From contig JBKPCB010000063.1 in NCBI GenBank assembly GCA_046727155.1, forward strand, positions 1-57,543: 57,543 nt of DNA. The letters are read 5' to 3'. The notes below the pieces were generated by a model, which had not been told where the DNA came from, made no database searches, and saw nothing but the letters and a program-made list of their open reading frames with translations. Positions 1 through 15,737 of the stretch are shown here, in pieces. This DNA comes from Candidatus Methylomirabilota bacterium. GTDB lineage: Bacteria; Methylomirabilota; Methylomirabilia; Rokubacteriales; CSP1-6. A program made the translations under genes and the position numbers. Each line of letters starts with the position of its first letter. Positions within the stretch are counted from its first letter, which is position 1.

Positions 1-307
1 CTACGCGGGCCTGGGGTTGACGGGATCGCTGAGAGAGGCGCTGGCAGTCGAGACACCGGTGGTCGGCACCAATCTCGAGGGCATCCCGGAGCTCGTCGCC
101 GACGGCGAGACGGGTCTTCTCGTGCCGCCGCGCAATCCCGAGGCGCTGGCCCAGGCCATTCTCCGGATGATCGAGAATCCGACCCGCGCCAAGGCCATGG
201 CGCGCGCCGGCCGCAAGCGGGTCGAGACGCAGTTCTCCACGGCCGTCAAGGTCCGCCGCACCGAAGCGCTCTACGAGCGGCTGCTCGCCGCTCGAGAAGC
301 CCCGTGA
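1..307 (+). CDS. Glycosyltransferase family 4 (GT-B), C-terminal part; 5' end outside window
   Basis: Frame open from position 2; EALAVETPVVGTNLEGIPELV-DGETGLLVPP-NPEALAQAI is the typical GT4 C-terminal motif; stop overlaps the next GTG (GTGA). Confidence 0.85.
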   Translation, partial: YAGLGLTGSLREALAVETPVVGTNLEGIPELVADGETGLLVPPRNPEALAQAILRMIENPTRAKAMARAGRKRVETQFSTAVKVRRTEALYERLLAAREAP

Positions 308-2058
308 ACGCCAAGTACAAGCTGCTGCTGCGCATCGTCCCGCACCTCAAGCCGTACTGGCTCGTCCTCGTGATCGGCGGGCTCATGGCGCTCGTCGTCT
401 CGGCCTCCGAGGGCTTCATCGCCTGGCTGGTCAAGCCGGCCATGGACGACATCTTCCTCAAGCGGGACCTCTTGATGCTCAAGCTGATCCCGCTGGCGCT
501 GCTGGGCGCCTTTCTCGTCAAGGGCGCGGGCCGCTTCGGCCAGTCCTATCTGATGGCTTCGGTAGGCGAGCGCGTGATCGCGCGCATCCGCCGCGACCTC
601 TACGCCCACATCCAGGGCATGCCGCTGTCCTTCTTCGCCTCGCTTCACTCGGCCGAGCTGATGAGCCGCGTGGTCACCGACGTGAACCGCCTCGCGCGGC
701 TGGCCTCGACGGTGCTCGTCATGGCGGTGCGACAGGTCGGCACCATCATCGCGCTGCTCGTGGTGATGTTCGCCCGCGAATGGGTGCTGGCCCTCATCGC
801 TGTCGCGGTCTTCCCCGCGGTCGGAGCCACAGTGAGAGCCATCGGGCGGAAGCTCTACAAGATCAATCGGCGCTCCCAGGAGAAGATCGCCGAGCTGAAC
901 GTGGTGCTCCAGGAGTCGTTCACCGGGACCAAGATCGTCAAGGCCTTCGGGCGGGAGCGCCTCGAGCAGGAGCGCTTCAATCAGGTCAACGATCGGTTGA
1001 TGGACCTCGCGCTGAAGAACCAGCGCACCGATCAGCTCGCCGAGCCCTTGATGGAGGTAATGGGCGCGCTCGGCATCATGGGCGCGCTCTGGTACGGCGG
1101 CTACCAGGTCATCGCGGGCCACCTGACCCCGGGTGAGTTCTTCTCCTTCACCGCCGCGGTCATCCTGCTCTACGGTCCCGTGCGCCAGCTGTCGCGGATG
1201 GTCAATACGGTCCAGCAGTCGCTCTCTTCAGTCGAGCGTGTGTTCGAGATCATCGACACCCCGCCCGCCATCGTGGATGCGGCCGGCGCGCACACCCTGA
1301 GCGGCTTCAGCGACCGTATCGTCTTCGAGCATGCCGGCTTCACCTATCCCGAAACCGAGGAGCCGGCGCTGCGCGACATCTCGCTCACGGTCAGCAAAGG
1401 CGAGCTGGTGGCGTTCGTCGGCATGTCGGGGGCGGGCAAGACGACGCTCATGGATCTGCTGCCGCGCTTCCACGACGTCAGCGCCGGCCGCATCACCATC
1501 GACGGCCACGACCTGCGCCAGGTCAGCGTGGCCTCGCTCCGCGCGCTGATGGGCATCGTGACCCAGGAGACCTTCCTCTTCCACGACACCATCGGCTACA
1601 ACATCGGCTACGGCAGGCCCGGCGCCACGCAGGCCGAGGTCGAGCGCGCCGCGCGCATGGCCCAATGCAGCGATTTCATCGCCGCGCTCCCCGAGGGCTA
1701 CGCCACCCAGGTCGGCGAGCGGGGCGTGAAGCTCTCGGGCGGGCAGCGGCAGCGGCTGGCCATCGCGCGCGCTTTCCTCAAGGATCCCCCCATTCTCATC
1801 CTGGACGAGGCCACCTCGGATCTGGACGCAGAGAGCGAGTTCCTCGTCCAGCAGGCGCTCAACGAGCTGATGAAGGGACGCACCGTGCTGGTGATCGCCC
1901 ACAGGCTGGCCACGGTCAAGCACGCCGACCGCGTGGTGGTCGTCCACAGCGGCCGCATCGCCGAGGCCGGCACCCACGACGAGCTCTTGGCCAAAGAGGA
2001 CGGGATCTACCGCCGGCTCGCCACGCTGCAGATGCTGGACGCCCTGCCCGCCCTCTAG
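304..2058 (+). CDS. msbA: MsbA-like ABC exporter (fused TMD + NBD), probable lipid A/glycolipid flippase
   Basis: Hydrophobic N-terminal half; Walker A GMSGAGKT, signature LSGGQRQ, Walker B ILILDEAT, H-loop IAHRL; 584 aa; follows a glycosyltransferase. Confidence 0.8.
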   Translation: MNAKYKLLLRIVPHLKPYWLVLVIGGLMALVVSASEGFIAWLVKPAMDDIFLKRDLLMLKLIPLALLGAFLVKGAGRFGQSYLMASVGERVIARIRRDLYAHIQGMPLSFFASLHSAELMSRVVTDVNRLARLASTVLVMAVRQVGTIIALLVVMFAREWVLALIAVAVFPAVGATVRAIGRKLYKINRRSQEKIAELNVVLQESFTGTKIVKAFGRERLEQERFNQVNDRLMDLALKNQRTDQLAEPLMEVMGALGIMGALWYGGYQVIAGHLTPGEFFSFTAAVILLYGPVRQLSRMVNTVQQSLSSVERVFEIIDTPPAIVDAAGAHTLSGFSDRIVFEHAGFTYPETEEPALRDISLTVSKGELVAFVGMSGAGKTTLMDLLPRFHDVSAGRITIDGHDLRQVSVASLRALMGIVTQETFLFHDTIGYNIGYGRPGATQAEVERAARMAQCSDFIAALPEGYATQVGERGVKLSGGQRQRLAIARAFLKDPPILILDEATSDLDAESEFLVQQALNELMKGRTVLVIAHRLATVKHADRVVVVHSGRIAEAGTHDELLAKEDGIYRRLATLQMLDALPAL

Positions 2059-2117
2059 TCCCCTCTCCTCCTGGTTTAGTCCCCTCTCCCCCTCGGGGAG
2101 AGGGCTAGGGTGAGGGG
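2056..2117. repeat. REP-like palindromic element with a 13-bp direct duplication
   Basis: CCCTCTCCCC (2082-2091), loop CTC, GGGGAGAGGG (2095-2104), then CTAGGGTGAGGGG; TAGTCCCCTCTCC occurs at 2056-2068 and 2077-2089. Confidence 0.65.
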
Positions 2118-2234
2118 TCGTTCGTCAGTTCGCGCCAGCCCTTGACCCGTCGGGTCGGCGCGACTTACCCTTACGCAACCTGTTCCTGCGCGGCCCGAGC
2201 CGCGCGCCCATTGGCCAGACCGCTGGAGGGCAAC

Positions 2235-8596
<6,362 letters not shown>

Positions 8597-8597
<1 letters not shown>

Positions 8598-8974
8598 TGC
8601 CCAAGATCCTCCTGGTCGAGGACAATGAGATGAACCGGGATATGCTGTCCCGGCGCCTGCAGAAGCGGGGCTACGATGTCGTCCTCGCCGAGGACGGCCA
8701 GCAGGGAGTGAGTCTGGCGCAGTCGGAGTCGCCGGCGCTCATCCTAATGGACATGAGCCTGCCCGTGCTCGACGGCTGGGAGGCGACGCGCCAGCTCAAG
8801 TCGGCTCCGGCTACCCGCTCGATCCCGATCATCGCGCTGACGGCACACGCAATGGCGGGGGACCGGGAGCGGGCGCTGGAGGCGGGCGCCGACGATTTCG
8901 ATACCAAACCAATCGAGCTCACTCGCCTCCTGGAGAAGATCGAGGCGCTGCTGGCAAAGAAGCCCGCTCCATGA
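8597..8974 (+). CDS. Single-domain response regulator (DivK/CheY-like)
   Basis: TGATG overlap with the kinase; MPKILLVEDN...LILMDMSLPVLDGWEA...TAHA...TKP. Confidence 0.92.
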
Positions 8975-10559
8975 CCCTCGATCCCGCTGATCTCGCTCGC
9001 CTGCGCCACGAGCTGCGCACCCCCCTGAATCACATCATCGGCTATAGCGAGATGCTGCTCGAGGAGGCGAGCGAGGACAATCGCGCTGCGCTCTCGGATA
9101 AGCTTCGCCGCATCCACGAAGATGGAAAGCGCCTGCTCGCCCTGATTACTGAATTCCTCTCCCCCGCGCAGGAGGATACGGGCGCGCCGGATCTGGCATC
9201 GATCCGCGCGGCGCTCACACCGCCCCTGGAGCGCATCATCGCCTCAACCGAGATCCTGAAGAAAGAGGCTGCGCAGGCCCGTGCGACGGATCTTCTCCCG
9301 GATATCGACCGGATCTCTTCAGCCGCCGCCCGACTGCTGGCGGTGACCAACCATGGCGGGATCCCTCCCGCTGCTGGGAGCGCAGCCGACAGGCCCGCCA
9401 GCCAGACGGCGGCCGTGACGGAAGATTCTTCGCGGCTCGTTGCCGATCGGGGCGTCATCCTTGTGGTCGACGACGACCAGAACAATCGGGAGATGCTAGC
9501 TCGCCGGCTTGCCCGCGAGGGGCACCACGTCCATGCGGCCGCCGACGGCCCGGCGGCGCTTGACCTTCTCAAGACTCACCCGGTCGATCTGGTCCTCCTC
9601 GACGTGATGATGCCCGGAATGGACGGCTATGAAGTCCTTCGGCAGCTGAAGTCGGATCCGGCGCTGCGCGACGTCCCCGTGCTGATGATCTCCGCGCTCG
9701 ACGAGCTGGACAGCGTGGTTCGCTGCGTCCAGCTCGGAGCCGAAGACTACCTGCCGAAGCCCTTCGACCCGGTGCTGCTCAGGGCGCGCATCGGCGCCTG
9801 TCTCGAGAAGAAGCGGCTGCGCGACCGAGAGGTCCGGCATCTCCGCGAGCTGTCCGAGTGGAATCGCACGCTCGAGCAGCGGGTCCAGGAGCAGGTCGCC
9901 CAAGTCGAGCGTCTGGGCCGGCTCAAGCGCTTCTTCTCGCCCCAGCTCGCCGAGCTCATCCTCGCGGGAGGCGCGACGATCCCCTCAAATCGCACCGGCG
10001 GCAGGTCACGGTTGTCTTCCTCGATCTCCGAGGGTTCACGGCCTTCGCCGAAACGGCCGAGCCCGAGGAGGTGATGGCGGTCCTGCGCGAGTACCACGCC
10101 GAGATGGGTAAACTCGTCCTCGAGCACGAGGGCACGCTCGAGCGCTTTACCGGCGACGGCATGATGATCTTCTTCAATGACCCCGTGCCGGTGACGAACC
10201 CGGCCGAGCGCGCGATCCGCATGGCCGTGGCCATGCGCGAGCGGGTCAACGACCTCAGCGCCGGCTGGCGCAAGCGGGGTTACGACCTAGCCCTGGGCGT
10301 CGGGATCGCCGACGGGTACGCCACCATCGGCGCCATCGGCTTCGAGGGACGCTGGGACTACGGCGCAATCGGCACGGTCACGAACCTGGCGGCGCGGCTC
10401 TGCGGCGAGGCCAAGGGCGGCCAGATCCTCGTCACATCGCGCGTCGCCGGAGCCCTCGAAGACCTCATCGAATGCAAGGAGGTGGGCGCGCTGGCTCTCA
10501 AGGGCTTGCTCAAGCCCGTGCCGACCCTTCATGTGCTCGGGCTCAGGCCGAGCCGGTGA
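8971..10559 (+). pseudogene. DHp(HisKA-like)-REC-class III adenylate cyclase, split by a 1-nt frameshift near 9975 (real lesion or sequence error)
   Basis: ORF 8971-10074 has RHELRTPLNHIIGYSE, a receiver (LDVMMP) and RLKRFFSPQLAELI. The cyclase core (DDPLKSHRRQVTVVFLDLRGFT, ERFTGDG, GTVTNLAARL) continues in another frame to 10559. Adding one G to GCGACGAT restores GCG GAC GAT. Confidence 0.85.
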
Positions 10560-10594
10560 GCGCGGCGCTCCCGTAACCCGTCTGCCGCCGCTCC

Positions 10595-11317
10595 TTACTT
10601 TTTGGCGAACACTTCTTTGAGCAGGGCCGTGGTCCGCGCGGCCGGATTCCTGCGGATCTCCCGCTCCTGCTCACCCACCACGTGGAAGAGCCCGTCGAGC
10701 GCCTTGCTCACAACATACCCGTCGATGTCAAAGGCTTGGGTTTGAGCGAAGGGAATGGCCTTGAACCGCCCAACCAGCTCCTGGTACTGACGAGTCACGC
10801 CCACCTCGCTCATGGCTCGGTTCACGGCCGGCCTGAATGCGGCCGTGAGTCTGTCCGTTGTCTTTCCCTTGAAGAACTCCGTCGCGGCCGTTTCCCCGCC
10901 CCCCAGGATCTTCTGGGCGTCATCAAAGGTCATGGCGCCGATGGCGTCCCAAAAGATCGACTTGGCCGCCGGCGCCGCTCGCTCGGCCGCGCGATTCATG
11001 CTGAGAACGAATTCATCGACCTTTGGACCATACCCGACCACACGAAGCCCCTGCTCCACGGTCCGAAGCTTCTCCGGCATGAGGATCTTGATCGCCTCAT
11101 TGCGAAAGTAGCCGTCAACGCGTCCGGTGAGACCGACCGACTTCTCCGTGGCGACTTGGAGGGCCTCCTTCAATCCGGCGCCGATCTTCGCGTCAGAGGG
11201 GCTGGCCTGCTGGCCGATGCCCAGGCCCTTGAGGACCTGGTCCAGCTGGGCCCATGCCGGTGTCGCGACGAGTACGAAGCCAAGGGCAATGGAGAGTCCG
11301 CGGTGAGTCACGGCCAT
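10595..11317 (-). CDS. DUF4197-family exported protein
   Basis: ATG 11317 6 nt after GGAG; signal peptide ending PAWA; [45 protein letters not shown] motifs typical of DUF4197. Confidence 0.82.
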   Translation of the reverse strand: MAVTHRGLSIALGFVLVATPAWAQLDQVLKGLGIGQQASPSDAKIGAGLKEALQVATEKSVGLTGRVDGYFRNEAIKILMPEKLRTVEQGLRVVGYGPKVDEFVLSMNRAAERAAPAAKSIFWDAIGAMTFDDAQKILGGGETAATEFFKGKTTDRLTAAFRPAVNRAMSEVGVTRQYQELVGRFKAIPFAQTQAFDIDGYVVSKALDGLFHVVGEQEREIRRNPAARTTALLKEVFAKK

Positions 11318-11393
11318 ACGCATCTCCTGAAAGACCGGGTTCGGGCCAAGAGGGGTAGACAAAGAGTACCAAACTGCCGCCCGCAGAACGCAC

Positions 11394-11429
11394 TTGACAT
11401 CGATTCGATATTTCGATAGACTTCGAACT
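11394..11429 (+). promoter_or_regulatory. sigma70 promoter of the ars operon with overlapping ArsR-type operator; leaderless start
   Basis: TTGACA (11394-11399), 17 nt, TAGACT (11417-11422), ATG 7 nt later; imperfect inverted repeat TATTTCGA-TAGACT-TCGAACTA over the -10. Confidence 0.8.
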
Positions 11430-11738
11430 ATGAAACCCATCGCCCCGCTGCCAGTGGCGCGGCTCTCGGCCAGCGAGGCCCACGCGGAGGCCTTCAAGGC
11501 CCTGGCACATCTGACGCGACTGCAGGTCTTCTTCGTGCTGGTCCGCGCCGGGCGGGAAATGCCGGTGGGCGAGATTCAGGAAGCCGTCGGCATTCCCGGA
11601 CCCACGCTCTCCCATCACCTGGACATCCTGCGGCGGGCCGGGCTCGTCGAGAGCCGGAAGGAAGAGCGGTACATCTACTTTTCAGTCCAGCGGGAAACGG
11701 TCACGACCCTGGTGCGTCTGCTGACCGCCTGCTGCTAA
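11430..11738 (+). CDS. arsR: ArsR/SmtB transcriptional repressor with C-terminal vicinal Cys pair
   Basis: FKALAHLTRL, TLSHHLDILRRAGLVESRKEERY wHTH; ends ACC; first gene of ars operon. Confidence 0.92.
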   Translation: MKPIAPLPVARLSASEAHAEAFKALAHLTRLQVFFVLVRAGREMPVGEIQEAVGIPGPTLSHHLDILRRAGLVESRKEERYIYFSVQRETVTTLVRLLTACC

Positions 11739-11749
11739 AGGGGGATCGT

Positions 11750-12217
11750 ATGAGCGCGAAGGTGCATCTCCACATGCACGTGGCCGATCTCGCCAAGAGC
11801 CGGGACTTCTATGAGAAGTTTCTCGGCGGCCGTCCGGTCAAAGAGAAAGCCGGGTACTTCAAATTCCTCCCGGAGTGGGCGCCCGTCAATCTCGCGCTCA
11901 CCGAGGGCCGCTCAACGGGAGGGGGCATCGTCGATCACGTCGGCATCCAGGTCGACTCACCGGAGACCGTGATGGCGCACTTGGCTCGCGTCAAGGCCGC
12001 CGGGCTCCCGGTGCGCGAGGAGATCGGAGTGAACTGCTGCCACGCGAACCAGGACAAGTTCTGGGTCCACGACCCGGACGGCGTGGAGTGGGAGGTCTAC
12101 CACCTCAATTACGATCTCGAGCCCGAATCTGAGGCGCCTGCGGCGCGCTCCACCGGCCTTCCCATTGCCCAGTCGGGCTCGTGCTGTGCGCCCAAGCCTG
12201 CCGGTGCAAAGAACTAG
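11750..12217 (+). CDS. arsI: ArsI/CadI VOC-family protein, probable C-As lyase
   Basis: VHLHMHV, DHVGIQV, NCCHANQDKFWVHDPDGVEWEVY (vicinal Cys plus metal-ligand His/His/Glu pattern). Confidence 0.85.
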   Translation: MSAKVHLHMHVADLAKSRDFYEKFLGGRPVKEKAGYFKFLPEWAPVNLALTEGRSTGGGIVDHVGIQVDSPETVMAHLARVKAAGLPVREEIGVNCCHANQDKFWVHDPDGVEWEVYHLNYDLEPESEAPAARSTGLPIAQSGSCCAPKPAGAKN

Positions 12218-12238
12218 GCTCTCGCTGCCTCCCGGCTG

Positions 12239-13300
12239 ATGAGTGCCGCCGGCCCGGGCAAGCGGCTGAGCGTCTTCGAGCGCTACCTGTCCGTCTGGGT
12301 CGCGCTCTGTATCGTCGCGGGAATCGTGATCGGCCGGCTCGGCCCCGGCCTGGTGAGGGGCCTGAGCCGGCTCGAAGTCAGTCACGTCAACCTTCCGATC
12401 GCCGTGCTGATCTGGCTCATGATCTACCCCATGATGCTGCGGATCGACTTCGCGGCGCTCCGGGGCGTCGGACGCCAGCCCAGGGGGATCCTCGTCGTCC
12501 TCTTCGTCAACTGGCTGGTCAAGCCCTTCAGCATGGCCTTGCTTGGCTGGATCTTCTTCAAGCATCTCTTCGCCGGCTTGATCGGGCCCGAGCTCGGAGA
12601 TCAATACTTGGCCGGGACCATCATCCTGGCGGCCGCGCCATGCACGGCCATGGTTTTCGTCTGGAGCTATCTCACCGACGGAGATCCTGCATACACGCTG
12701 GTGCAGGTGGCCTTGAACGATCTCATCATGCTCGTCGCCTTCGCGCCGATCGTGATCTTCCTCCTCGGCGTGTCGAGCATCACCGTGCCCTATGACGTGC
12801 TGTTCTATTCGGTACTCCTCTACATCGTGATCCCTCTGGCCGCCGGCGCCGGCTCGCGGGCGGTCCTCCTTCGAATGCGGGGGCCCGCATGGTTCGAGGG
12901 CGTGTTCTTGGCGCATTTGAAGCCGGTGTCGGTCGCGGCGCTCCTGGCAACGCTGATCCTGATCTTCGCCTTCCAGGGTGAGGTGATCCTGGGCAAGCTG
13001 TCCCATATCGTGCTGATCGCGATCCCGCTACTGATCCAGGTCTATTTCAACTCCGGGCTTGCCTACGGCCTGGCGCGCTGGCTGAGGGTGCCTCATTCGG
13101 TAGCCGCGCCCGGGGCCCTGATCGGCGCCAGTAACTTCTTTGAGCTGGCGGTCGCCACGGCCGTCTCGCTCTTCGGACTGACCTCCGGCGCCACTCTGGC
13201 GACGGTGGTGGGGGTGCTGGTCGAGGTCCCGGTGATGCTGTCCGTCTGCAATATGTGCAACCGGACACGAAGCTGGTTCCCTGCCCGCGCAGTGGCATGA
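12239..13300 (+). CDS. acr3: Acr3 arsenite efflux transporter
   Basis: FERYLSVWV, MIYPMM, NWLVKPF, AAPCTAMVFVWS, GASNFFELAVA, GVLVEVPVML. Confidence 0.95.
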   Translation: MSAAGPGKRLSVFERYLSVWVALCIVAGIVIGRLGPGLVRGLSRLEVSHVNLPIAVLIWLMIYPMMLRIDFAALRGVGRQPRGILVVLFVNWLVKPFSMALLGWIFFKHLFAGLIGPELGDQYLAGTIILAAAPCTAMVFVWSYLTDGDPAYTLVQVALNDLIMLVAFAPIVIFLLGVSSITVPYDVLFYSVLLYIVIPLAAGAGSRAVLLRMRGPAWFEGVFLAHLKPVSVAALLATLILIFAFQGEVILGKLSHIVLIAIPLLIQVYFNSGLAYGLARWLRVPHSVAAPGALIGASNFFELAVATAVSLFGLTSGATLATVVGVLVEVPVMLSVCNMCNRTRSWFPARAVA

Positions 13301-13707
13301 CCACGGTGATTTTCGCCTGCGTTCACAATGCCGGCCGCTCGCAGATGGCGGCGGCCTTCTTCAACGCGCTGGCGGATCCAGGGCGAGCGCGTGCCCAATC
13401 AGCGGGGACTCAGCCCGCGGACCGCGTCCATCCCGAAGTCGTGGCCGTGATGCGCGAGGTGGACATGGACCTGAGCGCGGCCCGGCCGCAACAGCTCACC
13501 GACGAGCTCGCGGCCTCGGGCAGGCTCCTGATCACGATGGGGTGCGGAGACGCCTGCCCTGTCGTGCCGGGGCTTCGACGCGACGACTGGCCGATCGAGG
13601 ATCCCAAGGGACAGCCGCTCGACCGGGTGCGCGCCATCCGCGACGAGATCCGCGCGCGCGTCGAGCGCCTCGTCGCCGCCGAAGGCTGGACGCCCGCCCG
13701 CCGGTGA
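13297..13707 (+). CDS. arsC: Arsenate reductase, LMW-PTP fold
   Basis: ATGA overlap with acr3; CVHNAGRSQMA P-loop, TMGCGDACP, DWPIEDPKG. Confidence 0.92.
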   Translation: MTTVIFACVHNAGRSQMAAAFFNALADPGRARAQSAGTQPADRVHPEVVAVMREVDMDLSAARPQQLTDELAASGRLLITMGCGDACPVVPGLRRDDWPIEDPKGQPLDRVRAIRDEIRARVERLVAAEGWTPARR

Positions 13708-13725
13708 TTCGCGGCCCCAGAGGGG

Positions 13726-15447
13726 TTATTCGCGGAAGCGATTCACAATGGGCAGGCGCCAGTCCTTGCCGAAGGCGCGCGGCGTGATCTTGATGCCGAT
13801 GGGGCCCTGGCGGCGCTTGTACTCGTTGCGGTCCACCATGGCGATCACGCGCTTGACGGTGCCGGCATCGAACCCGCGCGCGACGATATCGGCCAGTCCC
13901 TGGTCACCCTCGACATAGGCCTCCAGGATGGCGTCCAGCACGGGATAGGGCGGCAGCGTGTCCTGGTCGGTCTGATCCGGCCGGAGCTCGGCCGAGGGGG
14001 GCCGGTCGAATACCGCGCGCGGGATCAGCTCCCGACCGGCGCGGCGACTGGCGTGCTCGGCAAGCTGGTAGACGAGCGTCTTGGGCACGTCCTTGATCAC
14101 GGCGAAGCCGCCCGCCATGTCGCCGTAGAGCGTCGTGTAGCCCACGCTGATCTCGCTCTTGTTCCCCGTGGTCAGCACCAGCCAGCCGAACTTGTTCGAG
14201 AGCGCCATCAGGTAGTTGCCGCGGATGCGCGCCTGAAGGTTCTCCTCCGTGACGTCCTCTTTCAGGCCCTTGAAGGGCTTGGCCAGCGCCCGGCGATACG
14301 CCTTGAGGACGCCGGTGATCGGCAGCTTGAGGAACTCGATGCCGAGGTTCTTCGCCAGGCGGGTCGCGTCCCGGCGAGTGCCGACGGAGGAGAAGGGCGA
14401 CGGCATCGTGACGCCGGTGACATTCGCCGTCCCGAGCGCGTCGCAGGCAATGGCCGCCACCAGGGAAGAATCGATGCCGCCCGAAAGCCCAAGCACGACG
14501 TGGGAAAAACCGTTCTTCCTTACATAGTCGCGGGTGCCGAGGACAAGGGCCTGGTACACCTCCTCCACGGGCTCGAGCATCATGATCTCGTGGGGCGGCA
14601 GCTTGGGCCGCTGGCGGTCCGGCAGCGCCGGCAATGAGATCCGGCGCGCCGTCGTTTCCGTGCGCAGCTTCTCCTTCCGACGGCGGGAATCGTGAAGCCG
14701 TGCCCGGAACACCTCGTCCAAGTCCAGGTCGGTGACGACGAGGTCCTCTTCGAATGCCCGTCCCCGTGCGATGCGCTCGCCGCGCTCGTTGAAGACGAAG
14801 GACTGGCCGTCGAAGATCAGCTCGTCCTGCCCACCCACCATGTTGACGAAGGCCAGGCACACCAAGTCGTCGGACGCGCGTGTGGCGAGCATCTTCTCGC
14901 GGTACTGCGCCTTGCCGGCGTGATACGGCGAGCCGTTGATGGTGATCACCAGCTCGGCGCCGGCCAGCGCCTGGAGTGTGGTCGGGCCCGTGGGGTACCA
15001 GATGTCCTCGCAGATGTTCGCCGCGATCACCGTCTCGCCCAGCGCAAAGACCGGCGACTCCGTCCCGGACTGGAAGTAGCGGTTCTCGTCGAAGACGCCG
15101 TAGTTGGGCAGGTACTGCGTGTGGTAGGTCCCGACGTGCGTCCCGGCGTGGAGCACGGCTGCTGCAGTGAAGATGTCGTCGCGCTTGTCCACGAAGCCCA
15201 CCACGGCGGTGATGCCGCGGCTCTGCTGGGCCACGTCGGCCAGCGCGTTCCGGTTTGCCTCGATGAAGGCCGGCTTGAAGAGGAGATCTTCGGGCGGGTA
15301 GCCCGTCAGCACGAGCTCGGGGAAAGCCACGACATCGCAGCCGAGGGCGCGCGCCCGCTCCATCCAGTCGACGACCAGCCGGGCATTGGCCTCGACGGCG
15401 CCCACCGTCGGATTGACCTGGGCCAGGGCGATCCGCACCCGCCTCAT
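13726..15447 (-). CDS. nadE: Glutamine-dependent-type NAD+ synthetase (nitrilase + synthetase domains)
   Basis: FPELVLTGYPPEDL, LPNYGVFDE, ICEDIW; GLSGGIDS, ENLQARIRG, TGNKSE, PPSAELRPDQ, EYKRRQ. Confidence 0.95.
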   Translation of the reverse strand: MRRVRIALAQVNPTVGAVEANARLVVDWMERARALGCDVVAFPELVLTGYPPEDLLFKPAFIEANRNALADVAQQSRGITAVVGFVDKRDDIFTAAAVLHAGTHVGTYHTQYLPNYGVFDENRYFQSGTESPVFALGETVIAANICEDIWYPTGPTTLQALAGAELVITINGSPYHAGKAQYREKMLATRASDDLVCLAFVNMVGGQDELIFDGQSFVFNERGERIARGRAFEEDLVVTDLDLDEVFRARLHDSRRRKEKLRTETTARRISLPALPDRQRPKLPPHEIMMLEPVEEVYQALVLGTRDYVRKNGFSHVVLGLSGGIDSSLVAAIACDALGTANVTGVTMPSPFSSVGTRRDATRLAKNLGIEFLKLPITGVLKAYRRALAKPFKGLKEDVTEENLQARIRGNYLMALSNKFGWLVLTTGNKSEISVGYTTLYGDMAGGFAVIKDVPKTLVYQLAEHASRRAGRELIPRAVFDRPPSAELRPDQTDQDTLPPYPVLDAILEAYVEGDQGLADIVARGFDAGTVKRVIAMVDRNEYKRRQGPIGIKITPRAFGKDWRLPIVNRFRE

Positions 15448-15548
15448 GCGGCTATTCTAGCCTACCCGGCCCGCTTTCCGAGGATGTTGGGGAGGAAGTG
15501 GACCGGATCGGCGGCCAGTACCCCAACGCCTGCGCTATAATGCGCGAG

Positions 15549-15737
15549 ATGAAGCCAAAGGTTCCGTGGCTCCCTGCCGAAGTCCAGCCGGGCCAGGAGA
15601 CCGACACGTGCCCGCACTGCGGCGCCAAGAAGATGATCCCCTGGACGCTGCGGCGCGATCCCAAGCGCGTCACCCTGCTGCGGACGTGGGTCTGCACCGC
15701 CTGCCAGGTCACCGAAGAGCGCGAAGAGGCCGAGTAG
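15549..15737 (+). CDS. Small Zn-ribbon protein (62 aa), probably leaderless
   Basis: CPHC and CTAC pairs; perfect TATAAT (15536-15541) 7 nt before ATG 15549; fills the gap between nadE and LOG. Confidence 0.7.
   Translation: MKPKVPWLPAEVQPGQETDTCPHCGAKKMIPWTLRRDPKRVTLLRTWVCTACQVTEEREEAE

Noticed and set aside
9970-9990. Programmed ribosomal frameshift in the cyclase
   Set aside because: No canonical slippery heptamer or evident stimulatory structure; a single-base loss explains it more simply.
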